From Flaccisagitta enflata (Eukaryota), in the NCBI GenBank assembly GCA_965153355.1, contig OZ231126.1:41354001-41418000 (forward strand): 64,000 nucleotides of DNA, given 5' to 3'. Under the pieces are notes generated by a model that was given only the letters and a program-made list of their open reading frames with translations, searched no databases and was not told where the DNA came from. Made by a program: the position numbers and the translations under genes. How positions within the stretch are numbered: the stretch's first letter is position 1; every line of letters begins with the position of its first letter. This document shows, piece by piece, positions 42,513 to 57,847 of the stretch.

Positions 42513-42860
42513 TTAGGAAGAGGAAATAAATAGGCGAGAGAGAGAGTCGAATCCACTATTGTGAATTCTCTTTACAAAATTCATTCGACGTTTCTCTGCT
42601 AATTCTTCCCAAGTAGGTCGTTTTAGGAAGTGTTGTAGAGCTGTCACGCTTTCATTCCATCGATAATTGAATATTTTTCGAAATAGTGAATTATACGCAA
42701 CACGTAACTGACGCAATTCATCTCGATTGGATACATTGATAACTTCAATCGCATAAGTTAGGATAGGCACACAATGCGTTTCTACAAGTCTTAGCATGAC
42801 CATGTCATTCGAATGACCGTCAATTCTGAAAATTGCGTTAGAGCAGCGATAGAATTTTTT
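42513..42860 (-). mobile_element. Short 3' fragment of the same LINE family as 13393-14343
   Basis: KKFYRCSNAIFRIDGHSNDMVMLRLVETHCVP...RVAYNSLFRKIFNYRW aligns with the C-terminus of the 13444 ORF. Confidence 0.9.
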
Positions 42861-43309
42861 CACGCGATCGACAATGGAGCAGTCAAACCGTTTTGCGCTT
42901 TATGTGTGATCACATGGGGAAGAACGCGTAAGAACCGAGTTACATGATCACAAGCATGTGTTTGCGCATGTTTGTTAATTTTGACTTTTTTGTGTGATTG
43001 CCAAGTAGTGCAAAAGCGCACCTTAGTTGCATCACTGCTCCTGCCCAATGATGACAAAACCAAAAGCCTCTTCATTTCAACCCATGCCCACCCACACATT
43101 CATAATGTTGATATATCATTTGTCAGCTTTAACTAGTACTTTTATTGTTCATGTTTTGATAAGTGTTTTTTTTTTGTTTGGTTGTTTTTTTAGACAAATC
43201 GTTAATGGTAACAGATATCTTATCTGCGATAACTGCATTATTTAGTCATATGCCTGAAGTTCAGGGTATACTAATGATGGTGAAAGCGAGAAAGAGACAA
43301 ATAAAGAAA

Positions 43310-43381
<72 letters not shown>

Positions 43382-43628
43382 CATTTTGGGTTCTTTTAAT
43401 CAGCGTACATAAGATGTGGGTCAGAAATGGAGTTGGCTTTTTATGGGTCTGATTGATTAAGATTCCGAGTTGTTTTGACATCCTAACCTCCCATTTTTGG
43501 CTTTTTTCCCTTTTTACTTCCTGTCTCACTGTTCCACTGGCTGTCCATACTTTTTCTGTCCGTCTCTCTCTATCTGTCTCTGTTTCTGTCTGTCTGTCTC
43601 TGTCTGTCTGCCTGTCTGTCTGTCTGTT

Positions 43629-43692
<64 letters not shown>

Positions 43693-43851
43693 CATCTTCT
43701 TTCAAACATGATGCGGGTCGTGTGGGTGTTGTTGCACACGGCTACGCTCGCGCACACAAACACCATGGACTCCCCCCTGCAATGGGCCATCGCAGTCGTT
43801 TGGTGTTTAGCGTGCGCGCGAGGCAAAGGCGGAGGTAAAGGGTCAGGTCAT

Positions 43852-43928
<77 letters not shown>

Positions 43929-43997
43929 ACGCGATCTAGCTTTTGGTGGCATCAACCTTTGGGTCACAAACTGATCATCTCATGCCAAAAAGGGACA

Positions 43998-44084
<87 letters not shown>

Positions 44085-44087
44085 GAA

Positions 44088-44118
<31 letters not shown>

Positions 44119-44180
44119 GAAAGAAAGGGGAGATTTGAAGGAGTGAGATAGGAGACGATGTTAATCCGCTGTCATGAAGA

Positions 44181-44257
<77 letters not shown>

Positions 44258-44532
44258 GAACAGTTACTACTGGAATGATCTACATTCTACAAGCAAAACA
44301 ACATGCACAGACAGACAGACTAAAAAAGAGCCACAATTAAAAGAAAATATTCAGAAAAATTGCTCATCAACTTTCCGCTGCGCCGTCAGATATGATACGT
44401 CGTTCCATCACCTGTCAGTCATCGTTTCCCCGTTTCTCACCTATTTTCTGACGCTTATCAATGACACCCTCTTATTGGCGCTCTTCTTTCTTTTTTCCGT
44501 CGAGCGTCAGTTTATGAGTTCGCTTATCACTT

Positions 44533-44619
<87 letters not shown>

Positions 44620-46166
44620 CGTCGTGTGCGTAAGTTAATGAGTACGCAACTTCTTCAATCATCTCAGAAAAAGCAAAGGTCAAAACCTCACGGTCAATGA
44701 ATATGGATTCGCGATAATCTCATTTCTGGTGATTATTTTTTTCCCTTCAAAATGAGACACCGCATCTGCAGACGATAACTGCCATCCTCAGTCCGCCAGT
44801 CGGGACGCCTTATGCCCAACCACCTCCGTCCAGGATCTCCGGTTGTTGTTGTTTAGTACAGTTAAACCCCGCAATAATGAAAATAAAGAGATCAATAAAT
44901 TTGACTGGTTAAAAATAGATTTCTTTTATTGCCAATATAAAGTAAAAAGAAATACTGCTAAGGGTCTAAAATTTCATATCCGTTATTGGCGGATTTCTAT
45001 TAGTTTTGAATTCATTTAAGCGGCGTGAAACTGTATGGCTATTTTAAGTTGCAAACACGCGACTCTATTAGCCGCTTTCTGGTCGGTTGGTCGCCGGTAA
45101 GTCGGTCTTTTTGTCGGTCCGTCCTCCCATCCCTCTCAATGTCGTTTTATGGGGTTTTCAGTTCCTGCCCACCCGTCCACGGCCAAAGAAGTCGTGTGTC
45201 CGGCCTTCTTGTTTGTTTGTTTTTTAGTTGCGGACACGCAACTCTATAAGAGGCTTTGTCCGTCGGTTGGTCCGTAGAGGTGATCGAGTCGAAAAGTGGG
45301 AAAACGCGCAAATCCGCCCCTGCCCACCCGTCCGCAACTGGTGGCCGTGTATCCGGCCTTGTTCAGTTTTATTCTGTTTCACTTTTTTCAGTTTTCCATT
45401 ATCCCACGAAAAGTGCAACTAAAAGTAACTTACAAAAAATCTTGATAATATCAGTTTTTTACAGATAGACTGAACTTTTGATTTTAGAAAAAACTTATTC
45501 CTGTATGGTATACGCTTCCACTCACTAATCCAATTTTAGGTACGACCTAATTCTATTGGTTAAGATAATCAAAACCTAGGGATAAGTAATTTCTATTCAG
45601 CAAATAAGTCTTTTATTTTAACTTTTTGAAAAACAACAAAAGTGAATATTTCCATTTATGGTATTAGGTTTAGGGAAAAGGCTAGCGCTGACATGTGGCA
45701 TTGACTGGGATAGTCATTTCAGCAAAGGTTAAATCTAATTTAAAAAAAAAGACAACCCTTCTTCTCAATTAGATAGGGGGAAGAGGAATATGGCAACTTT
45801 TTACTATATTGTGCAAAAGGGAAAACTTTAGTGATTGGAGGACTGGGAGTTAATCTTCAAAGAAGATATATTATGGGATGATAGGCCTCCATGTAGGGTA
45901 AAAAGTACTTGACCATATTTAAAAAAATTAATAATCTTCTCTATTATTCTATTTAGTTTTCCACGTACTTCCCGTTTCCGTGTCTTTTTTTCTTTTTTCG
46001 TTTTTTTCGTTTCTTTGATTGCTTCTTCAATACACCTGCCCGAGTGCCCGTCTTATTTCTTTTCAATAAGCATAGTATCATCTCGCTTGCTGGCATGAAT
46101 TGATATACCTAGCCTTGCCTCGCTCTCACTCACAGTCACGATCAGAAAAAAGAATTACCAACTTAC

Positions 46167-46363
46167 GGATTCTTACCAAAAGCCGCCACACGCGCGGCGT
46201 CTCGATGTTGCTGTTGTTGTTGCTGCTGCAGTTGAAGCGGCGCTTCGGCCGCTTCAAACGGCCCGTCCGCATCTCCATCGACGTCGATAAAGTCGCCCGA
46301 TTCGGCCGAAGAACATGAAGAGTGATCGAGAGCCGCGTCCAATGCAGCCGTCGATGAAGACAT
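46167..46363 (-). CDS. shox: Shox-like gene, predicted first coding exon
   Basis: CAAC-ATG start; MSSSTAALDAALDHSSCSSAESGDFIDVDGD...AFGKN(P); CC|GTAAGT donor is phase 2, matching the acceptor at 37833. Confidence 0.7.
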
Positions 46364-48520
46364 GTTGGAGGGTTGCGGGATGCGAAAATGCGGTTGCAAC
46401 AGATTCGGGTGATGAAGTACTGGAAGCAGCCTTGATGCAAAAGCGATGCTAAAGATAGATTGCAGAACATGAATTCTAGATGAATATTGATTATAAACAG
46501 GTGGTCGGACATATGAATTCGGCGTTTGGAGTTATAGAAGCTGAGTTTAAATTATAGGATTTGTTGTTGAGAGTTAAGGACGCGTTGTTTGAATTGGCGT
46601 TTTCAGCTATGAAGGAAGAATTTCCGGAAGAGACTAAGTTTTCGCTGGAATGAGGTAGAATGAGTGTAATGTAATGGGGAAAGATGTGAGAAAACGGGAT
46701 GTTGGGGGAGGGGGAGGAATGACCAACCGCAAGGAAAAGAAGAGACAAAAAATACAAGGAAGCGCTTGTGGAACACAAGAAGAACGAGAAAGGGCAACAA
46801 GCGGGATAAAAATGAGAGTTGGCAAATGATGGCTAAAAAATTTCATTGAGTTAAAAAGAGTCGAGATTCGGCTAAACCGTAAATTGGCTCCCAAATAAAA
46901 GTCCTCTTGACAGTCTTTTTTTTTTATCTCGATCTGTTTTCATTTGAGTTGGTAAGTTATTTGGATGTATTCAGTTCATTCAATGTAATGAAAGAAAATG
47001 GACCGTAGTTGTGTTGATGATCTCGTTTGGTATATAATGAAGTATAAAGTCATCTGTATAAATGAGCAACGTAAGCGTTAAGAGTACCCATGTGTTTGTA
47101 TTTTGTGGTCGTTGATGTTTTTTGGGATAGAATGTTTTCACTGAGACCAGTCGTCACTGGTTCTTCTTGACCCATATACCAGATGATCCCTAACAAGTGA
47201 CGCGGGGTCACAATATCGTTGCGGACGGGTGGGCAGGGGCATCCAACCACCATCCACACCCCAACCCACCTCCAACACTTAAACATACACAAAAGTATCG
47301 AAAACGCTCGTTTCCCCACTTTTCAACTCGATCACCATGACGGACCAACGGACCAACAGACGGACGGACGGACGGACGGACGGACGGACGGACGGACAAA
47401 GCCTCTTATAGAGTTGCGTGTCCGCAACTAAAAACTTGAACGTTGGTATAGAATTAAGAAGTAAAACGAACAAGTAGCCCGGTGTTCCAACATCGCCGCG
47501 GACGGGTGGACAGGGGCGCACAACCCTACCCCCTCACGGACGGACCAACGGACGGACGGGCAAAGCCTCTTATAGAGTTGCTTGACCGCAAATAAAAAAG
47601 ATACACGGCAATACAGTCGCGGACGGTTGGGCACGGGCTGTATTGCAAAGACCGCTCATAATTCAAAAATATTTGTGATGGACGGACCGACGGTGAGACG
47701 GACCGACGGACCGACCAACACGGCAAAGTGTAGAGTCGCGTGTCCGCCACTAGAAATGACCAGCGACAGATGAGAACCTTGACGGCCTGGGCGACCTAGA
47801 CACAGCTTTAAGCTTGAGCCTTGAAATCTGTGACGGCCTTGACACAGCTTTGACGGCCTTGGCGACTTTGATGATCGTGACGGCTTAGAAAAGCGGTTTT
47901 ACGACTTTTTTAACGGTTGATCTTTTGACGTGGGAAGGAAAAAAAAAAAGGCTAGTGAGCTGTGTGACGTGATATCGTGTAGCGTGACTTAGTGACGTAG
48001 CGTGCCGTGGATTGACGTGGAGGTTTGCGAGTGACACCATGTCACGCAAAGTGATGAAAATGTGACGTCGACTGACGCAAATGAGACGCCGAGTTAAGAC
48101 AAGTTCCGGAATGACGTCTTTGAGGATTCATCTCCATTCCTTCACTACAACACCATTTCCATGGTACATAAAGATGAACACGATAATGGTGAAGGAAATG
48201 ATGAAGACGATGTGAAGACGACGACGTTGATGGTGACGATGACGATGACGACGAAAAAGACGAAAAAAGATGACGATCACGATGAGTATAACGACCAAGA
48301 TAACGGAAACGACGATGGCGGCGATGACGACGACGACGACGACGACGACGATGATGATGATGATGGCGACGAAGACGATGATGGCGACAAATACGGTGAT
48401 GACGACGACGGAGACGTTCAATTTCGCGCTCACGATTCATGAGGCGAAGGAGGGCGGACTCACGCGCGTGCGCGCGCGAAAATGCGGTCCCAGTCGTCGG
48501 AAGATCTCTCTCTATCTCTA

Positions 48521-48574
<54 letters not shown>

Positions 48575-48618
48575 GATTTACCACGTTCCTACAACCGGAC
48601 CGAAATTGACTAGTTATA

Positions 48619-48901
48619 GCGTAATTCTCCTATTTAGCGCCCCCTCGTTAATTAGCGCCCTCCACTTTTTTACAATGAAGATTTGCAGTTCTCAAAAAAA
48701 GAAAAAATTTACATTTTTACTTAAAAGAAATAAAAAAAAAGAAAAGTGATACAGTAAAAATAGCTTTCTTCTTTCCCTTTTATCTTTTTTTGATTCTTTT
48801 ACTTTTCATATAATATAATGTGATCAATTGTACATAAAGGGGCGCTAATAAGGGGGACAAAATGGCAATATCAAACAATGATGTTATAAGGAGAAATACA
48901 G
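48619..48901. mobile_element. Degenerate MITE related to 26614-27454
   Basis: Ends GCGTAATTCTCC / GGAGAAATACAG with TTAGCGCCC subterminal motifs. Confidence 0.45.
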
Positions 48902-48903
48902 CA

Positions 48904-49711
48904 CAGTAGATGTCGTCTAGACTTGAAAACACGGGGCACACCGTAGTTTGAGGTGAGATTAAATCCCGGGGGTTGCTCAGGGTTGCTTGAAGTTGAACCC
49001 CAAGTAAACTTTAAGTAAACCCTGAGCAACCCAAGCTTGGGGTTTGCTCAGGGTTGCTCGGAGTTCGCTTGGGTATGCTCGGGGCTGCATTGTTAGAAAC
49101 AATGATAAATGATAACATCAACCCCGAGCAATACGAGCAACACGAGCAATCGCGAGCAACCCTGAGCAAAACCCGAGCGACTCAAAGCAACTTTGGGGTT
49201 TAATCTCACTGTTTTTGTTACAGATTACCTAGTGCGGGGGAGCACATAACCTGGCTATCATTATAGTAAAGGGACTGATATTTTGCTAGTGTAATGTATA
49301 GACCCTAAGAAGTTGACAATGGGGTATGGCATCCCCCTACGGCTTATCTTAGGAAAAAAACTTGAAGAATAAAAGTAAAGGATCAATCGCTTATTTTGCA
49401 GAATTTCAGCTTCATCTATTTGCTTGATTTGCAAAACCAGCACGGGATTTAAACCTGGAACTTTTAAATAAGCTGATGATAATGACATTGAAACCATGAG
49501 AGTTGACCACTAGACCAATTTCAGTAGCTATTTATGTGGGGCAAGTTTGATTTAGTGTATTAGAAATAATTTTCTATCAACAGAGCTGCCGTATCTCATC
49601 GTCAACCCAATAGGACATAAGCATTATACACACACAGTTTCATTTCATTTGCACAAATGATATTTAGGATAAGAGAGCCCCCGTATTTCGAAGTCTAGAC
49701 GACATCTACTG
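48904..49711. mobile_element. MITE with TIR CAGTAGATGTCGTCTAGACTT and an internal inverted-repeat insert (~48951-49211)
   Basis: Perfect 21-bp TIR; TA on the right, CA on the left. The inner pair GTGAGATTAAA..CCC encloses inverted GGGTTGCTC repeats. Confidence 0.75.
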
Positions 49712-49873
49712 TACCTGCTTAGAACTAGCACGAGTGACGTTTACATGTCTTTGTCCCAAGATGAGCTGAGGTACCATACAAATGCGATGTTGACGTCTTG
49801 ACGATGGTTATGAGGACGGTGAGGAAGTGACATTATTCCAGCTAGTCGGTGATTAGTGTCCACATATGTCCGG

Positions 49874-50116
<243 letters not shown>

Positions 50117-50412
50117 CGAGGACGACCAAAAATTGAGATTAAGAAGTCAATAAGATATAGAAGATTCATTTAAAAAAAAATCAAATTGGACGAAGGATTT
50201 CTTTATTCTTTCTTACTTCCTTATTTCTGTCTTTATCTCTTTCTTTTTCCTGTTTTCATTTCTTTCTTTCTTTCTGTCCTTCTGTATGTCTGTCTTTTTG
50301 TATTTCTGTCTGTCAGAGCCTCTTTCAATCTTTCATCTTGGCTTTCTCTTTCTCTCTCTCTCTATATCTTTTACTTCTTTCCTTCTTTTCCGTTTATCCT
50401 TCTTTCCTTCCT

Positions 50413-50556
<144 letters not shown>

Positions 50557-50561
50557 TATTC

Positions 50562-50631
<70 letters not shown>

Positions 50632-50632
50632 C

Positions 50633-50688
<56 letters not shown>

Positions 50689-50877
50689 TGTCGCTTTCTT
50701 TGTTTTTTCTCTCTTTCTTTTTTTATTTCTCTCTCTCTTTCTTTCTTTCTTTCCTTCTTTCTTTCTTCCTAATTCCTTATCGCACAAAAGTGTGTTTTAC
50801 ATCTTGTTCGGCTAATAGAGGAAATCTAATCATTGCAAATATTAGGCAGTTAAGAGGGAGAAATTGGAACAACAACT

Positions 50878-50959
<82 letters not shown>

Positions 50960-51165
50960 CTGCACTCAATACTTTATACCCATTCTCTCGCCTATCCAAT
51001 GAAGAAACTAATCAAGAAAATTTTGTGTCGGAAATAGACCCAAAATTCTTTCTTCCCTTTTTTTCGTGTGTGTGTTCTGTATTGCGCCATTTTCCTTTTT
51101 TCTCACCATCACTAAGTGCCTCATTGTTCTAAACCACCGGTCTGTGTGAAGGTCATGATTTGATC

Positions 51166-51253
<88 letters not shown>

Positions 51254-51318
51254 TGGAGGAAGAATAGAACACAAAGAAAGACAGGGACAGACAGAGAATA
51301 AAGAGAAAGAAAAAAGAA

Positions 51319-51394
<76 letters not shown>

Positions 51395-52984
51395 AGGAAA
51401 AAAACGAGAGAGGAAGAGGATGAAGATTATAACTAAGGAGTAGAGGAGGAAGAGGAGTCATTATCAAGAGGATATGGAAACTGCAAGTGGTTAAAGACAG
51501 AGAAGCACAGAGAGGTTGAGACAGAGAAAGAGAGGCACAGAGAGATCGAGACAGAGACAAAGACACAGAGGGAATTCATGGGAAAAGTCAGCGGGTGAAG
51601 CGGATGGCACGGCGTGATAAAGCAAAGATTACATCATCGATATCCTCCTTTTCCTCTTCTTCCTCCTCTTTGTCGTCCTCATCATCGATATCCGTCCTGT
51701 CATTTAATGGACCATGCCAAGTGTTCTGCGGAATGAAGGCAGTTCGCACTGTGGCGCAAGATGGTAGTTTGAGAATAGAATAGTTCACAAACATTGATCG
51801 TGTGTGGGTAGCTGCTGCAGCCAAAGGATTTTTTGCAAATGCAGAATAAGTGTAGAATGAATAATGCTATTCCTTATATCAATTTGGCCTCTTGTGTCTC
51901 ATATGCTTTGTCCATTGTTATGTTTTTCTTTTTTGATTACTGCCCCTGTCCCTGCCTAACTGGGCACAAAGTTAGGGGTTGCCTCAATTTCTTCATAGGA
52001 AGCAGTTTGCATTATTGGAGTATCTTGATCGCTCCTATTATTTGTAAGTAGCAGCATGTATCTTTCAGTCAACACACAAAGTACACCAAGCACCCAAAGG
52101 TAAGTTTTTTTATGATTTATATCCAAGCTTGAATGGACCTAGAATTAGAAGGACATAGTTTTTAGCTTGCCCATTAACGAAATAACGTTGAATAGGCCGA
52201 CAGGCCTTATGACTTTTCTTCAAACAGTTGTGGCCCATAGTGCGGCGATGTCAAAAGAGAGGATATTCATTTGACTTGGGTCGCGTGGAGCGTCAATGGG
52301 AAGACAATGACTAAATGGGGAGATTATATCATTGACACTTTTCCACGGTCGATAAATCCCACTCAGAGTGTTTCTTCGTGCGTCTTACTGAGTCTCTGCT
52401 TTCTTAATGATGCATGGAGGACGAAGAGTGGGAACAATACTGGACCAAGATGAAAACAAGGCCGTATACACGGTTACCGAAGTCGCGTGCGGGTGGGCAG
52501 GGGCGGTGATAAACAAGCCCGACCGGGCAACGATGCGTCCTTACTGTGTCTCTGCGTATATTGAACATGTGACATGAATGGAGAGACAGATGGACGAACT
52601 GACAGATGATTCGACTGAGAAGTAAAGGAGACTCTCAAAACATGCATGTTTGTCGATCATTTGATTCCGTATAGGATCTCACCAAGGCCAAAAACAGCCA
52701 AGAAACGCGGTCTTTGCACAGGCGTTACGGACCGACGGACGGACCAACGGTCCGACGGACGGATGGACGACGGACAGACCCTCTTATAGAGATGCGAGGA
52801 CGCATCTAAAAAGGCTAACGAAGCATTTGGGCAGGAGTGGTAATGCATAGCCGAAATCGCGGAAAAAGCAAAGTGTTACCAGCCAACCGACCGACCGACC
52901 AACGGACCGACTGACATTGTGGATTGTAGGGTCGCGTGCACGCGACTAAAAAAAAGATTATCGACGATTCAATACAGTCTTGTA

Positions 52985-53570
52985 GACTTTTTGGGCAGCG
53001 GCCCCGAAGGGGACGAAGTCCTGTAGAACACAGGGGGACTTTCGTTTGTTCGTCCATTCGTCCATCCGTTCGTTCGTCCCCCCCCCCTCCCTCAGGCCCC
53101 TCAGGCCTCAAATATGGCCTCTCAAGCCTCCAATCAGACCTCTCAGGCCTTAAATCTGGCCTTTCAGGCCTCAAGTCTGGCCTCTGAAGCCTCAAATCTG
53201 GCCTCTCAGGCCTCAAATCCAACCTCTTGCCTCAAATTAGGCCTCTCAAGCCTCAAATCAGCTATCTGATCCTCAAGTCAGTTCTCTATGGTCTTTCAAG
53301 CCTCGATCCGGCTCTTTCAAGCCTCAAGTCAGCCCATTTAAGCCCCCAACTGACTTTCTGGCCTTACATCAGCCCTCTTAGACCTGAATTCAGCCCAAAC
53401 GGAAGGACGGATGGACGAACGAACGGACAAACGAAAGTCCCCCTGTGTTCTACAGGACTTCGTCCCCTTCGGGGCCGCTGCCCTGCTTCCCCTCGCTCAA
53501 TTTCACAATCATGCTCAGCAGGGCAACGGGTATCGCTGACCAGATATTGCCCTTGGGCGACCTGTTGTTA
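52985..53570. mobile_element. Interspersed element with subterminal inverted repeats and an internal 21-bp array
   Basis: GGGCAGCGGCCCCGAAGGGGACGAAGTCCTGTAGAACACAGGGGGACTTTCG is inverted at ~53432-53484; internal CTCTCAGGCCTCAAATCTGGC repeats. Related copies at ~7040-7467 and ~20150-20640. Confidence 0.7.
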
Positions 53571-53762
53571 TATCCAGCCTTAAAGCACATTGACAAATAT
53601 CGTTGTTCTAGTACACGAGAGTTTTCTTTAAAAGAGCACCCGAGCAAATTCCATTTATGACATCCGGGTTACAGTGGTTAACCTCTTCATCCATGATCCA
53701 TTTCACCCTTATTCTCCTAACTGCCTCCCTGCCCTCCTTACTGTTACCGTGACCCGTTTGTA

Positions 53763-54339
53763 CGGTAGATCTCGTCTAAACTTGAGATAACGGGGGCAAG
53801 CATCATAGAAAAACAAATGAAGCTAAGGGAGTAATATCTGGAGTATAGACTAATAAAAGGATATTCTATTGCCCATGATAGGTCGTTGCCATGGAAATAC
53901 ATTTCTATGTATTCTTGCTAGAATACCAATGTTTTTAGAAATTTTTTTGAGAGGACATTTTTCAAAAGTAAATTTGCTACAACTTTCCCACAGTTTGTTT
54001 TGTAAGAATGCTGCTTGATAAGCAGTTGCTAGGGAGCATTACAGGGTTGTTACATGTGGATACACTCCCTAGTAACGGCCAAAAGAGCGATATTCATACA
54101 AAACATATTGTAGGAAAGTTGTGGCAAATTTGATTTTAAGCAATGTTCTCTCAAAAACTTCTCAAAATATTGATATCTAAGCGGGAATGCATGGAAATGT
54201 TTTTTTTCATGGCAGCCGACCAAAAAAGAGAATAAATTGTTCTTTGAATAGTTTATATTCAAATTATCAGTTCCCTAACTTTGTTTCTTTTTCTTTTATA
54301 TTTGTCCCCTATCATCTCAAAACTAGACGAGATCTACTG
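53763..54339. mobile_element. Foldback MITE, TA TSD (Tc1/mariner-pogo type)
   Basis: TA|CGGTAGATCTCGTCTA...TAGACGAGATCTACTG|TA with long imperfect inverted arms; homologous to 63383-63945. Confidence 0.85.
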
Positions 54340-55134
54340 TATCTGCCTTAGTCTATGTCATCCATAACCATCATGTATTTCCGTTATCACGACATGATGG
54401 TCGCGGTGTCGGAGCTTCGGTAAATGTCAAGTCGTATTTCTGTCATATTGTCTCCAGGAGAGTGAAACGCCGCCATAAAAATATATGTCGTAATGCCATG
54501 ATAAGGTCTCGACAGTAAACTGTCATATTGAGCACCTAGTTTTCATTCTGTTTCTGTCTTTATTTTTTGATTTCTTAAGAATCTGCTTTTTTTTCGGCCC
54601 GAAGAACCGATAAACCGACTCAGAATAGCAGAATTCACATATAGTCATACACAGTAGCATTCGAGCTAAAGCCTACATAGAGCCGAATCATGAAGTTGAC
54701 GTTGAAATATGAAGCGGCAAAACAAAGCAAAAATCCTTTTCAAGAGGAAGTTTGTTCTCAAAGATCCCATCCAAGAGCTAGCATGAGTCGCGTCCTTTAA
54801 AATGCCCAATATTCGTGAAGCCAAATCCAAAGGTCTCAAATCGCGAGGCTTTAATTCTCAAGGCCTTAATTCGCTGAGGGCAATTAGTACCTCGTTCCGG
54901 AGCCAAGCTCCCATCAAATTTTCCTCCACCTCTTCCACCCCCTCTTCCTCCTCCTTCTCTTCTTTCTACTTTTCCTCCCCTCTTCCTCCTCATCTTCATC
55001 CTGCAGAACATAGGAAAGCGGATAAATGAGCAAGTTAATTGAAAATGGCAAATTGCACCCAAACAACGAATATCCAATGGAGGAATGATTGCTCTTTCTG
55101 TCTTCCTTTTTTTTAGCTTTCTATTTTTCTTACA

Positions 55135-55186
<52 letters not shown>

Positions 55187-55202
55187 GTCTTTCTTTCTTT
55201 TT

Positions 55203-55266
<64 letters not shown>

Positions 55267-55363
55267 TATTTATTTCTTTCTTTCTTTCTGCCTTACTTTC
55301 TATCTTTCTTTCTTTCTTTCTTGATCTTGCCATTTGTCTTTCTTTTTCTTTCATTCTTTCTTC

Positions 55364-55532
<169 letters not shown>

Positions 55533-55620
55533 TTTCTTATTTTCTTTGCTTATTTCTTTTTCACCATTTGTCTTCTTTTCTTTATTTTCTTCTTCCTTTC
55601 TCTCATCCTCTCTCATCCTC

Positions 55621-55800
<180 letters not shown>

Positions 55801-56539
55801 TTAATTTGACACGATTCATGATTTATGTTCAAGTTGAGGACAATTTGATTCTTGAGTCTAAAATTGTTTAAATCGACCTCCAAGTTGGTCTTTAGTGAAA
55901 CGGTCCTTCATTTGTCATGGCCAAATTAGACGTGTCCATGGATGTGTGGTCCCATATCTACGAAATTATGAAAGGCGTTTGGTTTGAGTCGGCGTTGTTG
56001 CATGTTGTTGTTCTTCTTCTTCTTCTTATGCGTATAATTCTGATCATGTTATTTTACTTGTAAGATGGTAAGGTGCTTGTCATGATAACGTTTACTCGTG
56101 AATGGTAACTGTGTGTCTAACATGGATTATCTTATTTCCCCCCCCCCTCCATACCCAGGAGGTACGGACAAAATGGGTCCTACGTAAGTCCTTTTGGAAA
56201 GTGGCTCTCTCCTGGTTTTAACTTCATTCGTCTGTGATCAACTTTTTGTTTAATTCATTACTTAATTAAGCTGCTTGTGTCCATTATTGATTTGACAGTA
56301 AGCGGGGCAACTCATGCAAGGATGACAATGAAGATGATAACAATGATGGCGACGACGACGACGACGACGACATCGATACTGAAGACGACGACTGCAACAA
56401 CGACGACAAAAGAGGAGGGAGAAGAAATGGACAGGGAGATGTGAGTCCAGATAAGACGTTAAAATTATTGGCTTAGTGACATTTGAAATGTCACTTAAGG
56501 ATGAAATCGAATTAATTCGACCATCCACACTAGCTGTGC

Positions 56540-56726
<187 letters not shown>

Positions 56727-56884
56727 TATCCTTTCTCAGTCCCTCTGGCATCGGTGCCCCTGCCCTTTCGCTCGCGACTAAGTTTGCCGAGTTTCCAGCA
56801 TTGTTAATTTCTGTTTCGTGTCGAGCATCTGTTTACCAATCCGAATACAAACTAGGCACCATACAGCAGTCTATTATATCATAC

Positions 56885-57847
56885 TAACCTTGGCGACAAA
56901 AAAAAAATGGCGGATTTTTAAAACAGATTCTATCTACCTCAATTCAAGAAAAACTTATTAAAATCGGTGATGGTTAGAAAGCTCTTCAAAAGATCTTTTA
57001 TTTGAGTCGTATCCGAAAATTTTAACTCAAACGGTTTAGAAGCTAGAGCAATTTGAACATGACTACTCCTTTTCTGGACTGCCCATGACTCCTTAGAAGG
57101 GAATTTGAAAAAAGTTAAAATCTAAAAAAATGATAGAAGTTTTGGTCCGATTTCTACAAAATTTTTGATGGTAGTTCAGGTGTATGTCTTCTGATATCAC
57201 TTGAATTTTCATGCTAATCGGATGATTTTTACTAGGGTTTTCATAATCTTATATTCTAGATCTCAATAAAATATACTAAAACTACAGTGGTTTGCTGTTA
57301 TTGCATTTACTTCACTGCTGAATTGATAAAAACCTCTCCTGTGCTATTCCAACTTGAACATTATTCTCAGAGCTTCAAAACCATCATGAATTTGATATGA
57401 TTTGTGTCAAAACTTGATAATAAAAATCCTTCAAAAAAACCATGTTGTTATCTCATTGATACTCAGATTTCTAGAAGATTTCAAGATCTTTCTCACAATG
57501 AAAATGATAGAAAAAATTGTCCGATTTTTGAAATTTTTGAGGAGCTGTCAGAAGGTATTCAGCGCTTCCAGTTCAATTTTCATCAAAATCAGAGAATTTT
57601 TACTATGGTTTTAGGTTGATTGTTTTTAATCACTCATTCTTGACATGACATTAGAGCAGAAATGGAGTAGTCATGTTCAAACTGCTGTAGCTTCTAAACC
57701 GTTTGAGTTAAAAATTCCGGACACCACTCAAATGAAAGATCTTTCGAAGAGCTTTCTAACCGTCACCAATTTTAATAAGTTTTTATTAGATTAAGGTAGA
57801 TAGAATCTGTTTTGAAAAATCCGCCATTTTTTTTGTCGCCAAGGTTA
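56885..57847. mobile_element. MITE/foldback element with ~185-bp terminal inverted arms
   Basis: TAACCTTGGCGACAAAAAAAA..TGGCGGATTTTT..CATGACTACTCC is mirrored at 57664-57847. Confidence 0.85.

Noticed and set aside
48042-48749. Asp-rich and His/Arg-rich ORFs
   Set aside because: Degenerate (GAC/GAT)n repeat, open in multiple frames, without convincing splice sites.
55917-56063. Small hydrophobic ORF MAKLDVSMDVWSHIYEIMKGVWFESALLHVVVLLLLL...
   Set aside because: Only ~48 codons; the hydrophobic part derives from GTT/CTT repeats; no other support.
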